Part shown: positions 1 to 12,132 of the stretch, in pieces
Position numbering within the stretch: the first letter of the stretch is position 1
Layout of the letters: the number at the start of each line of letters is the position of its first letter
Origin: Antechinus flavipes
Lineage: Eukaryota
Assembly: GCF_016432865.1 (NCBI RefSeq)
Contig: NC_067400.1
Span: forward strand, 632,834,001 to 632,898,000
Direction of reading: 5' to 3'
DNA length: 64,000 nt
The notes under the pieces: generated by a model
What the model was told of the DNA's origin: nothing
Database searches by the model: none
What the model saw: only the letters and a program-made list of their open reading frames with translations
Translations under genes and position numbers: made by a program

Positions 1-1259
1 CCATCTTTTTAATGCCGAGATATTATTGCTGTGTGACAATGACATGGATTTCAACTATGTGAAATTTAACAAAAGGGTAAACTGAGGCTGATTCTGAGTA
101 TTTATGAGCAGGGCCATGCTACTCATCAATAAGAGGATTAATGACTTGCCTCCATTTATGCCAGAAACTCCAAGCAAAAGGACAGTTCTCCTTCTAGACT
201 TTTTAGGGAGTTTAAAAAGCCGAGCCACATCTCGGGATTGGGGCAGCATGATTAGTTCCAGAGTTGAGGTGCTGAGAACGACCCCATTGGTTAGAAGTTT
301 GATAAAGGAGGAAGTGGGTTAGTAACGATCCTCCTTCTTCTCTCATGGGAGAAATGCTCATTGTTTGAATCCCTTGGACAGCAAACCAAAGGCCCTTGAA
401 GGAAAACTTGGCTCGACTTCCTTGCTTCGATTCACATTCTCCAAGGTTAACAGAATTCTCTGAAGCAAGATTACATCGGTAATTAGCAAGGAGGCTGGAT
501 TTCTAAAAATAATCCATTGCTGGCCAGTTGAGAAGAAACTCGTTCAATTGTAAGTAGGATCAGTAAGAAAACCATACAGGATCCATCTTAATCTCAGAGC
601 ATCTCGGAGCCCTGGAAAGGCTTGCGGTGTCAGTGGGTGTTTGTGGGTTGTAAGGTGCCACCAAAAAAGAATCCAAAGAATAGGAATGGAAAGCACCAGT
701 TAGGCAGAGAAGGTGAGGGTGGGCACATGTTAGGCCGGGTTGGGGGGGGGGGTGACAGCTGGATAGTCAGAGTCTCCCTCCGAGGTCAGCGGAAATAAGA
801 GGTCTCCAGGACGCTCTCCTGGACTGTTCTCCATGTGCTGACCTTAATGACACAGGATGGGCAGCGACAAACGGGTTAAGATCTGCAGCTTTGGTATCAT
901 GAGCCCAATTCTGAGGAAACTGCGCAGTCAAGGTCATGCGCGTGAGTCTCCAAGGCCCAGTAACAGTGAGACACACCGAAAAACAGCACAAAATGGGGCC
1001 CATCTAAGGGACTTCCCGGGAGCTGCCGGTCGGGGGAGTTTGGGGGTGCGGGGCTGATTTACATCGGGGCCTTTCCCTCAAATAAAAAACAAAAGGAGGA
1101 GGAGGAGATCCTGGAACACGCCCTGGATCCCGAGGAGGACCAAGGCTCCCCTTCTCTTCTCCCTTCCCCCGAACTTTGGCCTCTGGAACCAGTGGGTCTC
1201 ATTTGCCAGGGGGAGCCTTCGCATGCTGGGGTAGGGACCCCCTATGTCACCCAGGCTCT

Positions 1260-2000
1260 AGGTTATTCTCAAAGCTGAGACGGTTTTAGCCGGACGTGGG
1301 ACGTGTCGCAGCCTCTCAGAGCCACAGGGGAGAGGGGGCCTGGAGGGGAAGGAGCAGCGCCCATGCCCCGCGGCTGCGGCGCCACGTCTTTTGCGCTCTG
1401 GGGGCTGGGCTCCGGCGGGGGGCCGCTCCTCCCGCCTCTGCGAGCAGAAACACGTGATTGGCGGCGGTGCCCGGAGAGCCTTCCGCACTTTTTGCCCCCC
1501 CTCCCCCGCCCCCACGGCCGGGCTCCGCGCAGGTCCAGCTTGCTGACACTGCCCCCCTTCTCCATCCTCCCTGCCGGTAACGTGCCTGCAAACATGGACT
1601 GCTCCGCGGCCCTCCCCTAAGTGTGCGGCCGTGCGGAACCTTTCCGGGACCCGTTGTGTTCCCAGGGCTCAGCCCGCACTCAGAAAAGGGCCGCCCGGCG
1701 GCCGCCAGTGACACCGCGTCCTGCCCGCCCGCCCGCCCGGGAAAGCGAGGAGGCCTTGGATGGGCGGCTGCCCCCGAGCCCCGCGATGGGCGGCTCGCAC
1801 CAGCACGCCCCCCTCCCCCGCCCCCCACCGGAGAGGGAGCCAAGTGACTTCCTGCCTGCCCACGGGCTTCCGGAAGCCGGGGGCGGCGGCGGCCGCTTCA
1901 GAGCCCTCCCTCCGTGACTCCGTTTGCCTAGTTTCCTAATTTGCCGGTTTCTCTGCGCGTCCTGAGCGCTCCTGCTCACGAGGGTCTCTCTGCCTCGGGC
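1260..2000. promoter_or_regulatory. CpG island with housekeeping-type promoter motifs, gene not identified
   Basis: Dense CpG; E-box plus CCAAT CACGTGATTGG at 1451-1461; palindromic ETS site CTTCCGGAAG at 1867-1876; several GC boxes. Confidence 0.6.
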
Positions 2001-2108
2001 TCTGGGAGGCTTCCTTGTGATTGTTCAGGGCGCTTTCTCCCTTTCTCTAGACTGTCTCTGACCGTTCCTGTAAAATCTGTGCCTCTTGCACAGATTGTGT
2101 GAGTGTGT

Positions 2109-2184
2109 GAGAGAGAGACAGAGATAGAGACAGAGACAGAGACAGAGACAGAGACAGAGACAGAGACAGAGACACACACACACA
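2109..2184 (+). repeat. (GAGACA)n microsatellite
   Basis: Direct inspection. Confidence 0.95.
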
Positions 2185-2404
2185 GAAGCCCCTCATGGTT
2201 AGAGGGTTCCAAGCAGTCTCGGATCGAGTCTAGCTGCCAGCTCAGTCTCTGTCTCAGCCTCCCAGAACCCGTCTCCGTGTGTCCCTCTGTCCATCCCTGT
2301 GTGTCCCTCTGTCCATCCCTGTCTCTCTCTCTCTCTCAGACGCCTGGACCGTTATTCCCTTTCCCTCTCCAGTCGTTATCCCTGCTCTATAGGTGACCCT
2401 GCCT

Positions 2405-2612
2405 TGGACCAAGGCGGCTCGGTGGGTAGCGCCCTGGGCCGGAGTCAGGAAGTCAAGTTCCAATCTGGCCTCCGGCACTTTCACCCACGTGAGGGCGGGC
2501 GAGTCGCTTGCCTCAGTTTCCTCATTTATAAAATGGGGATCATAGGAGCCGCTACCTCACCGGGCTGTCCCGAGGACCAGATGGGACCGGTCTGCAGCCC
2601 TTAGCAGTGGCT
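2405..2612 (+). mobile_element. MIR (CORE-SINE) relic
   Basis: GGAGTCAGGAAG...GCCTCAGTTTCCTCATTTATAAAATGGGGAT...CTACCTCACCGGGCTGT core signature. Confidence 0.65.
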
Positions 2613-3482
2613 GGCCCCGGGTCAGAGCTCCCCACCTCAGTGTTGGTGACTCCCGCCATTGCCGGCCCTGCCCCCCAGGACTGCCTGGCCCGACAGCCGC
2701 CGGGATTCCTGCCTTTTCCCTGTGCCGCCCAAAACCCGGGTCAGGAGCTAGCACAAACAGCGTGGACTCGGGGCTGCCTCCCAGCTCCTGCCTTTGGCAG
2801 CCCCTCCCCCACGCCCCCTCCCCTTCCCTGCCCCCACCCTGGGGCAGACCCCGACCCCTCCCACAGCATCAGCCCTTCCTCTAGGGCCGCAGAAGGGGCT
2901 TCCCAAAGCCTGCAATCTCCAGGCCCCGGGATCAAAGCCAAGCTCTGTTTAGCGTTCAGGCCCTTGGCCCCTGCCCAGTCTCCTCCCCCATCCCCATACG
3001 AGATGCAATGAGCCCAGCTGCCCTGTGGCCAGAGGCTCTATTTCTGCTTCTGGGGGCCGCCCTCCCACATCTCTGCCCCCGGCAGCATCCTGTGGCTCGC
3101 CGGGAGCCCCCAACCCCCGTTCCTGCTCCTTCCTTCTGTCTGCTTGCTTCTTCTCCCGTGCAGCCCCCTCCCCGGCAGCTTGGGACTGTCTCGGGCGCTT
3201 CCTTCTGCACCCTGGGGCCGGCGCACGTGCTCAGGACTGGCCAGGTCTCGGTCGGCTCTGGGGGCTGGGCCCTGAGGAAGACCAGCGACCCCGCCTCTGG
3301 GAAGGTTGCAGGGGGGAGACGCATTAAAGACCTTCATCGTCCCCCCCTCTCCCACCTCCCCCCACAAGAAGAGGAGGGCGCCCCCAGTCCCCGGAAGCCC
3401 CCGAAGGGGCAGGAGTCCAGGTCCCCGCGGCCCAGCTTCCTCTCCCACGGGCGAGCTTTCCGAGGGAGCCCAGTGGCCCAAA

Positions 3483-3495
3483 GGGACTTTGGCCC
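3483..3495 (-). promoter_or_regulatory. HNF4-type DR1 site upstream of the A1BG-like gene
   Basis: GGGACTTTGGCCC, reverse complement GGGCCAAAGTCCC, one mismatch from the HNF4A consensus GGGCCAAAGTCCA; about 290 bp upstream of the ATG. Confidence 0.45.
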
Positions 3496-3782
3496 TTGCA
3501 CAATCACAGGGGTCAGGCCCCGGTCGGGAAGCAATCCCGAGGGGCTGGCAGGCCGCCCAAGGCTAGCCAGCCTGGGACAGCTAACAGCCATCGGGGCCAC
3601 CCCGCCGCCCTCTCCTCCCTCGGTGACCCGAGAGCCGCCCGTCCCCATTGGCCACAGGAAGCGTGAGGTGGGCGGGGGGCGTGGAGCTCCCAGTCCCTCT
3701 TTTAAGACTTGCCACCCATCCCCAGAGCCGGAACCTTCCTGCAGAGAGACCCTCGGGCCCAGACGGGGAGAAGGAAGGCGCC

Positions 3783-6700
3783 ATGGTCTCCCGGCTGGCG
3801 GTTCTGCTCCTTCTAGGTGAGGCCAGGGAGCCCCGTGGAGGCCATCCTTTCCTGCCCCTATGGCTTCCCCGTCTTGGGCAGCCGGGGAATGGGTGACAGG
3901 CCGCCTTGTCCCCGCCGCCGGGACCTGTCCCGGGCACGGCCACCTCAGCCTTCTCCACTCAGCACCCCTGGCCCCACTCCGGCAGGGCCCCCAAACCCAA
4001 CCCCAAACCGGAGCTCCGAGCTCTCCTTCCTCCTCGGTCACCCCATGCTCCCCCGTCCCTGCAGCTTCGCCCAGGACGCTGTCCACACCTCCGGCGGGCT
4101 CCCCGCAGCTCGGCCTCTGACCTTCCTCCTTCCCGGGTCTCCCTCCTCCCCTGGGAACTTCTTCCCCTTTGGGGGCTTCCCAGGCCGCCTCCCTCCTGCT
4201 CTGCCCAGATCCCTCCCCAGGCTGGACACCTTTGGGGCGATCTGACCCCGGCACTGATCTCCCTAATTCGCTCTGGCTCAGGGCCCACCTTCTAGGAACT
4301 TTGTCACCTGTAAAACGGGAAGATAATAGTCCCCGAAATGGTCACAAGGAAGAACTTCCCAAGCCCACCTAGTGCTTCCCCTCTTCCTGCCCTATCTTTT
4401 CATTTAAACTCCCAGTGACTCTATTCTATCCCATTCCCCCAGGGCTTTGGCTGGACCCACACACGGAGGGGGAGGCAGCCGTATGTGAGTGAGTTCTTGA
4501 GATCCTGAACCACAAACGCAAGGGGAGCCAAGGGGACTGGCGGGGCCCAGGGGGACAGAGGGACAGTGGGGACCCAGGGGGACAGAGGGACTGCGGAGGC
4601 CCAGGGGGACAGAGGGACAGCGAGGACTGAGGGGGGCAGAGAGACAGAGGGACTGCAGAAGCCCAGGGGGACAGAGGGACAGTGGGGACCCAGGGGGACA
4701 GAGGGACAGTGGGGACCCAGGGGGACAGAGGGACTGTGGAGGCCCAGGGGGACAGAGGGACAGCGAGGACTGAGGGGGGCAGAGAGACAGAGGGACTGCA
4801 GAGGCCCAGGGGGACAGAGGGACAGTGAGGACCCAGGGGGACAGAGGGACTGTGGGGACCCAGGGGGACAGAGGGACTGTGGAGACCCAGGGGGACAGAG
4901 GGACAGCGGGACTGTAGAGGCTCAGGGAGACAGAGGGATGGGGGGACCTGAAGGACACAGAGGGCCTGGAGGGCCGAGGGAGGTGGAAGAACACAGAAGT
5001 GGGGCAGAGGGACTGAGGCACAAGGGGAGGGGCCCAGGTGGGGCTAAGAGGCCTCCTCCAGGCCCTGAAATGGGCTGGAGGAGGGCCACATTGCTGCCCC
5101 GACCAAGAGCTTGGAGATGCCTTTGGCCGAGCAGAACCTGCAGCGCTCGGTCCTTCTGTCCAGCCACCCTTTGACCCCAGACCTCCCCTCCCTCCGTATT
5201 TCCCCAGACACGGCTGCCCGGGCCCTTGCTCCAAGCAGCCTGCAACTCAAACTCCCTCAGCTCCAGGTCACCAGGTAGCTCGGTGGAGAGAGACGAGGGC
5301 CCGGAGACAGGGGGATCTGAACTCAAATTCCACCTCAGACATTTAACTAAGTGTAGGGCCCTGAGCGACTCGCCACCGTCTGCTCAGCTTCCCGGACTGC
5401 AAACCGGGGCCAACGATGGCGTCTGGCCTCCAAGGTAGTCGTGAGGATCAAGAGATGATTTTTGGGAAACAGATGTTCCTTTTCTTTCCTTCCTGCCCAG
5501 TCTGGGCGTTCCGGGGTCTAGGTTCCCCCATCCCCCCAGCTCTATATCGAAAGGTTCCACAGGCTCTCGCATTGTCTCGATTCGACACGGTTTCAGGTTC
5601 CTGCTCGGACCCGGCACGGCACCTGGCATCCAGTCCCAATAATTATAACTAACATCAGATGGCACCTACTCCGGTCCGGGCACTAAGTGCTAAACACTTA
5701 ACAAATAGCATCTCATTTGATTCCCATAACAACCTCGAGAGCTAAGTGCTGTTACTATCCCCGTTTCAACGGCCGAGGAAGCTGAGGCGGGCAGGGGCAG
5801 ACTCTTAATCAATTCTCTGGGAAATCTTACAGATATAGACACAACTCCTAAGATCTGGATAAAGCCTGAATCCGCATCCACGCCCTGGGCCAACGTATCC
5901 CTTCAGTGCCTGTCGATTAATATTCTGGGAAGTACGTTCGAGCTGTTGAAGGATGGGAAACGCTTCGCTTCGCTTCCTATCCTTCATCCCATTGTCACGT
6001 TCCCACTGGGGCCAGTGACAGCGGACAACAAGGGCACTTACCAGTGCCACATCCAAAAGAAAAAAAGCTGGAGTTTAACGAGTGCCCCGGTGGAGGTGAC
6101 GGGGACAGGTGAGCGGGGACAGGGCTCGGGCTTCGGAAAACTAGTTCTAGACCCTGGAGCCAGAGGCAGGGGGACCACTAACCGCAGGCTGCCTCCCACC
6201 ATCCCTTGCCCGTCCCCAATCTCTTTTTCTCTTCCTGCTTCTTTCTCTCTCCATGTGTCTGCGTCTCTCCTGCCTGTTTCTCTGTCTCTCCCTCCTCTTG
6301 CTTTCTCTCTTGTCTGTCTGCCTCCATGTCTTTCTGTCTCTCTGCGTCCTTCTCTCTGCCTCCCTGCCTCTTTCTGTCTCTATATCTCTGTCTCTGTCCC
6401 TCCTGTCTCTCTTCCTGCCCTCTTGATTTTTTTTCTGCAGGAAAGCTGCATGATGGGAAGGAAAGGAGTCCAAAAATGGGAGTGCAGAGCTCTGGGTTCT
6501 GGTTCTGGCTCTGTCCCAAACGCTGTATGTCCCTGTGAAAGTCCCTTTCCCTTTTTGTGCCTCGGTTTACCCAAGTGTAAAGTAAGGAGCCAGGAGGCAG
6601 TCAGATGTAGTCACTGTGTCAGTTGGTTTGGTTCGCTTGCTTTCCTAAAAGGAAGCGTGCGGAAGGAGCGGATAGTGCAGTGTGATTTCCCACGTAAAAG

Positions 6701-9700
6701 GAGCGTGGGTAACAAATCCCCCAATAGTGACCCCAGCTCGCAGCCCATTGGCAGAGATCTCTCTGGACGGATGTAGACAGTCACAGGTGGCCACCCGATT
6801 TCTTCTCCCCTCCCCCCCCACAATACAAAGAAGGAGTAAGGGGCGGAGGGAGCGACCTCCATGAAGCTTCCCGCCTTCCAGCTCTTCCTCAGGCTCCTTC
6901 CCCCTTCAGTTTCCTCATCTGCTGCTCCAAGGTTGTGAGCACAGACATTGTAGGTTCTCAGATATTCTGGCGTTCTGTGATCCTAACAGAGCCCCTCCCA
7001 GCACCCTCCGTCAGGACTGAGCCCGGACCTTGGATCCTCCACGGCGTGGACACTCAACTGCACTGCCAGGGGCCACTGCTGGACATGACCTTTGACTTGT
7101 ACCAAGAAGGAGAGCAGAAGCCTGTGGCCAGCTCCCTCCCCCCGGAATCAGAAGCCACCTTTCTCATTAAGAGCCCCGGAAACTACACCTGCCGCTACCG
7201 AGCACCCACAGCGGCACCCACGGCGGGCTCAGCGCCCAGTCAGACCGTCCACTTTGTGGTGCCAGGTAAGGGGGGAGCGAGGCAGCGGGGCTCGGGGCCG
7301 GAGGGGGGACGCACGCTCGTGGCAGGGAGACGCGGTTCCAAGCACGGAGCTCCCAAAGGCCTGGGAGGAGCTGAGGCAGGGACTTACAGGGAGCCCCAGG
7401 AGGAGACGCTGAGTGACCAGAGGGAGCAAGGCTAGCGGATACCTGGGGGGCTCCCTCGGAGCTTCAAATCCCCTGAGACTCCCGGCTCATCTTCACAGGC
7501 ACGTCTCCCTCCCGGCCTGACCCTGGCTACCCACACGTCCGATCCGCCAGACTTTGCTCAGACTCCCCCTCCCGCGGCTTTTGGCCCGTGTGGGCCACTC
7601 TGCCCCCCTCGATTTCGTAGACCCGGGGTTTCTGCTCCCCTCTCCTCCCTCCACAAGGGCACCTTGGGGTCTCCTCATGCAGCCCCCAGAGGCCCCGAGG
7701 TGGATGCCCGGTGGGGGGGGGCTGAGGCTGGCATGGACGGCATCTCCTGTCTGATTTCCCATCCAGATTCCTTGCCAAAACCTTCTTTCCAAATTCGGGA
7801 GGATGATCTGATCTTCAGGCCCGGAGCATCCGTGACCTTCCGGTGCCGGGGAAAGTTCCCGGGGCTGGCCTTCGAGCTGTACAAGGACGGGAAGGAGGTC
7901 TTTGTGTCCCACTTGTCTTCAACGGACCCTCTGCATATCGACTTCCACCTGGAGGACCTGAAACCCGGGGCCGGGGGCAAATACTACTGCCGCTACCGCT
8001 TCAGAGACGGGCCGTCCATCTGGTCGGAAGACAGCTCCTCCGTGGAGCTCATCCTGACCACAGGTGAGGGGGCCGGGGAAGGGCCCCGGGGGAGCCGGCA
8101 TCTGGGCCCTCACTTCCCGACCACTCCGTACTGATTAAGCACCTACCGCGTGCCAGGCACCGTGCTGAGCACTGGGGAAACAGAGGGAACAGACCCCTCT
8201 GCTCTAAAGGGAGAGCAACAAATAGTCGAGTAGACTGGGCCCAGTCGGGGAAGGGGCCTGCCCAGGCTCACACAGATGTCAGCCGGGGAGCCATACCCAG
8301 GGACGGCGCAGCAAACCCAGAGCCCCGGGTTCAAGACTCAGCAGAGAGCTGCTCTCACCTCTGCCGACCCGCAGTCCCTCTTTCTGAACCTCGCGCCCTC
8401 CCAGCATTCCCCGTCGTGCCCTCCCAGCATTCCGCCTGGGGGCATTGCCTGCCCCAGCCCCTGGCCCCCGCCTCAGCGATCCTCTGCCCGGAAGGGTCTG
8501 GGTGGGTCACTGTGTGGGAAGGAGGCCCCCGAAGTCTCGCTGCCCCCACGATGCGCTTAGGAACGGGACCTCGGGAGGGTGGGTGGGCTTCTCCTCGCCC
8601 TCAGCTCCCTTGCGGCTTCCGGGACAGGCCAGCGGCAGGAAGGCAGGTACCGTGGACAGCTCTGCGGAGAACTCCCCTCCCCCCTCCCCTTCTCTCTCCG
8701 CTCCCCCTCCGTGCTGTCTGCCTGGAGGGGCCGCGGGTTCAGGCCACTACCATATGTGGGGGGGGAGGGGGCGAGAGGGGGACGCTGCAGGCTCACCGGG
8801 CACAGATCTGTCCTCCCTTTCTCAGCCAAGTCCTGGAAAATGCTGCCCAGGCTCGCGGCCTCCCTCCCCTCCTCTCTCGCTCCCCCTGCCCTGGGGGATG
8901 GGCTACCTCGGGTCACTCCGCCCCCCTCTGCAAAGCCAGGCGCTCGCTTCTCCACTTCTCTGCGGTCTTGGACCCTGCCCACCACCCTCTGGGTGGAGGT
9001 CTCCTCTCCGGGCTGCTCCCGATTCTCAAACAGATGGACACACAGAGAGATAAAGAGACAGAGACAGACAGACAGAGATAAAGAGAATAAAGAGACTCAG
9101 AGACAGACAGAGATAGAAAGAAACAGATGGACACAGAGATACAGATAAGCAGACACATAGAGATAAAGAGACACAGAGACAGAGATAGAAAGATAGAAAT
9201 AGATGGACACAGAGATACAGATAAGCAGACACATAGACAGAGATAAAGAGACACAGAGACAGACAGAGATAGAAAGAAATAGATGGACACAGAGATACAG
9301 ATAAGCAGACACATAGAGATAAAGAGACACAGAGACAGAGATAGAAAGATAGAAATAGATGGACACAGAGATATAGATAAGCAGACACATAGACAGAGAT
9401 AAAGAGACACAGAGACAGACAGAGATAGAAAGAAACAGATGGACACAGAGATACAGATAAGCAGACACATAGAGATAAAGAGACACAGAGACAGAGATAA
9501 AGAGACACAGAGACAGACAGAGATAGAAAGAAACAGATGGACACAGAGATACAGATAAGCAGACACATAGAGATAAAGAGACACAGAGACAGAGATAGAA
9601 AGATAGAAATAGATGGACACAGAGATATAGATAAGCAGACACATAGACAGAGATAAAGAGACACAGAGACAGACAGAGATAGAAAGAAACAGATGGACAC

Positions 9701-12132
9701 AGAGATACAGATAAGCAGACACATAGAGATAAAGAGACACAGAGACAGAGATAAAGAGACACAGAGACAGACAGAGATAGGCAGATAGAAACAGATGGAC
9801 ACGGACAGAGATATAGATAAGCAGATACATAGATGGACACACAGATATAGAGACAGACAGCTAGAGATAGGCAGATAGAAACAGACGGACACAGACAGAG
9901 ATACAGATAAGCAGACACATAGATAGGCAGACAGATGGATGTATAGACAGACATGTAGACAGGCAGACAGACATATAAAGTTAGATACAGATACAGACAG
10001 ATAGAGGCAGATAGATGGATAGATGGATATGGATGGATAGACTGACAGTAAGACAGGCAGGTGGTAGACAGATAGACACAGACAGATAGAAACAGATGGT
10101 ATTGATGGACAGACAGACAGATTATGACAATCAGCCTGGGTCTCCCCTCGGAGCTTGTCATGCATCACCCCTATGCTCCCTCTTGCAAGCTTTCCCAGTT
10201 GTGCCAAAGGCCCTACCATCCTTCCAGGCTCCCAGGTTTTCTGGCTTCATCTCCCTCTCTCCTCACATCCTCAGTTTGTTGCCCCATCTTGCCACTCTTG
10301 CCTTCCCAGCAGCTCTCTCCCTCCTGCCCCCTTCTCTCCCGGACTCCCCTGTGGCCCGGATCGTTGCCCCCGCCGCCCGGCCGCTGTCCCAGCCTCCGGT
10401 CTCTCCCTGCTCCAGGCCGTCCCCCCCCTTGCAGCACTTTCCTGAGGTGCAGGTCAGACATGCGAGTCGCTGTTCAACCCTGGGATTGCTATGGTCTAAT
10501 GAGATGAAATTCGCTCTAATTAACCCCCAGAGCCCTCTCTCCTCCTGGTAAGGCCCTTCACAGAGGGTCCCCAGCTGCTCCCTGCCGTCCAGTCCGAGGG
10601 ACCCCTTTGTCCCTCGCTGAAAGCTCCCCCCACTCCCGGTGGCTTTGCCTTCCTCGACTTCCTAACTGCTGCGTCCGTTTTCCACGCGCGTCTCCTCCCG
10701 GGAAAGGAAGATCCCGGGAAGCAGGAGCGCTTTCATTCCCTGCCTGGCCGTAGTAGGCAGACAGTAGGTGCTCAGTAAATCCTTGCTGGTGGTTGATGGG
10801 GTTAGAATCCGCTAAAAACTGCGGAGCGGGTATGATAATGGCAGCTCCCATTTACTTTGCGAATCGCTCGGCATGTTCTCTCTTCCTTCCCAAAGCCCTT
10901 CGGGAAACAGCCGAGTCTGTAAGTGACTTGGCTAAGGGCACGCGGCTACTTTGTTCCAGGAAGCGTTCCCGCCGGGTCCCAAGTCAGTGCTCTGTCCGCG
11001 ACTTCATGCTGCCCCCTCCTTCAGAGGGACCGGGCATCCCTGGGCCTCTGCCCCCTCATTCATCAAAGGGGACGATGAAGGAGAAGCAGAGGCCCCCGTC
11101 GGCCCCAGGGCAGGCTTGGGCCCCACCCCCAGCTCTGCTGCGTTTTCCAGGGGTCCCCCGGCCTCGGCTTCCCGGCGTTTTGCCGCTCTGTGAGACGGTC
11201 CTGAGTTCATTATCGGAACGGCCTTTCCCGACCTCAGAGTTTTATGTTCTAGGCTCCCTTCCAACTCTATGATTTTCTGTTACAGCTCCCCCCCCCCCCT
11301 CCCCCGACTGCACGTTCTGCGTGCTAGGGCCCTGCTCCCCACCCCACCCCCGGCTCTGGCTTTGCCCCTCCCCCGCTCCTGCAGCTAACACCGGTGGCCT
11401 TTTCTGTGTCTAGAAACCCTGCCCAAGCCGACCCTGTGGGTCCAGCCCCCGGACGCCGTGATCGCTCCCGGGACCAACGTGACCCTGCGGTGCCTGGGGG
11501 CCCGGCCCAACGCCAGGTTCGCCTTGCTGAGGCAGCACAGCAGCCGGCCCCTGCAGGTCCTGAGCGTCCCCGGCCCGGAGGCTGACTTTGTCCTCCGCGA
11601 GGTCTGGGACTTTCACTCGGGCAATTACAGCTGCCTCTACTTCGAGACCGCCGCCCCCTTCGCCGGGGCCCCAACGAGCGACTACGTGGAGCTCGTAGTG
11701 GATGGTGAGGGGGAGGGCCCACGTTTGCCAGGGCGTGGGGGGAGGGACGATATCTGAAGAAGCCAATGGGTGAGGAGGGGCGGGGTCCCTACGGCCACGT
11801 GGGCCGATGGAGTCTGGGTTCGAGGCGGGACGGGAAAGCCACCTTAAAGCTCGTCTCCCAGGAAAGGCCCTTAAGGACGCCAGCCCATTCCCCTGGGGAG
11901 GTCCCGGAGCAGGAGCCTGCGTGGGCCAGAGCTGGGGAAAGCCTCCTCCCCCTGCACTTCATCTCACGGCGGCCTGGTCTCGCCGGCGGGCTCCCCCGGC
12001 ACCGGGCCTCCCAGAGCCTCAGCTTGGGCCTCCTGGAGCCTCAGTTTCCTCCTCCGTGAAAGGGGGGTCACACATGCTGCGGCTTTAGGCTTGCTTGCTT
12101 TTTTTTTTTTTTTTTTTTTAGAAATATCCTAG
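3783..12132 (+). CDS. Secreted Ig-superfamily glycoprotein, alpha-1B-glycoprotein / DM43-DM64 (venom-inhibitor) family, four Ig domains, 408 aa
   Basis: Spliced exons 3783-3816, 4443-4484, 5833-6108, 6990-7265, 7767-8063, 11414-11704, 12122-12132, all GT-AG and all junctions phase 1, total 1227 nt. Split signal peptide MVSRLAVLLLL-GLWLDPHTEG. D1 YIDTTPKIWIKPESASTPWANVSLQC...GPVTADNKGTYQC...SAPVEVTG; D2 EPLPAPSVRTEPGPWILHGVDTQLHCQG...FDLYQEGEQ...GNYTCRYRAP; D3 ...GGKYYCRYRFRDGPSIWSEDS; D4 ETLPKPTL...GNYSCLYFETAAPFAG. These match my recollection of opossum DM43/DM64 domains motif for motif. AATAAA at 12279-12284. Orthology to A1BG versus a paralogue cannot be settled from this window, so no symbol is given. 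Confidence 0.88.
4545..4940 (+). repeat. About 27-bp minisatellite (CCCAGGGGGACAGAGGGACTGTGGGGA-type) in A1BG-like intron 2
   Basis: Unit starts at 4546, 4573, 4600 and onward; imperfect copies. Confidence 0.9.
5272..5490 (+). mobile_element. MIR-family SINE relic
   Basis: tRNA-derived head remnant, CTGAACTCAAATTCCACCTCAGACATTTAACTA and GTGAGGATCAAGAGATGA, a form typical of marsupial MIR-like SINEs. Confidence 0.55.
5655..5810 (-). mobile_element. MIR-family SINE relic
   Basis: ATCTCATTTGATTCCCATAACAACC...GAGGAAGCTGAGGC, the reverse of the MIR core. Confidence 0.55.
9020..10110 (+). repeat. Purine-rich compound tandem repeat (GACACAGAGATAGATAAGCA-type) in the A1BG-like D3-D4 intron
   Basis: Higher-order repeats of AGAT/AGAC motifs; produces spurious S/L/C-rich minus-strand ORFs. 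Confidence 0.9.

Noticed and set aside
3008-3820. 270-aa ORF with a signal-peptide-like start (MSPAALWPEALFLLLGAAL)
   Set aside because: The remainder is low-complexity Pro/Gly/Arg sequence typical of GC-rich DNA. It overlaps the true first exon of the Ig gene in another frame and has no supporting splice or polyA structure.
8579-8680. RQEGRYR peptide resembling an Ig F-strand, as a possible extra domain exon
   Set aside because: No cysteine in the expected place, an in-frame stop just upstream, no acceptor, and no other Ig motifs.
8913-10219. 300-400 aa S/L/C/V-rich minus-strand ORFs
   Set aside because: Translation of the AGAT/AGAC tandem repeat, with no domain content.
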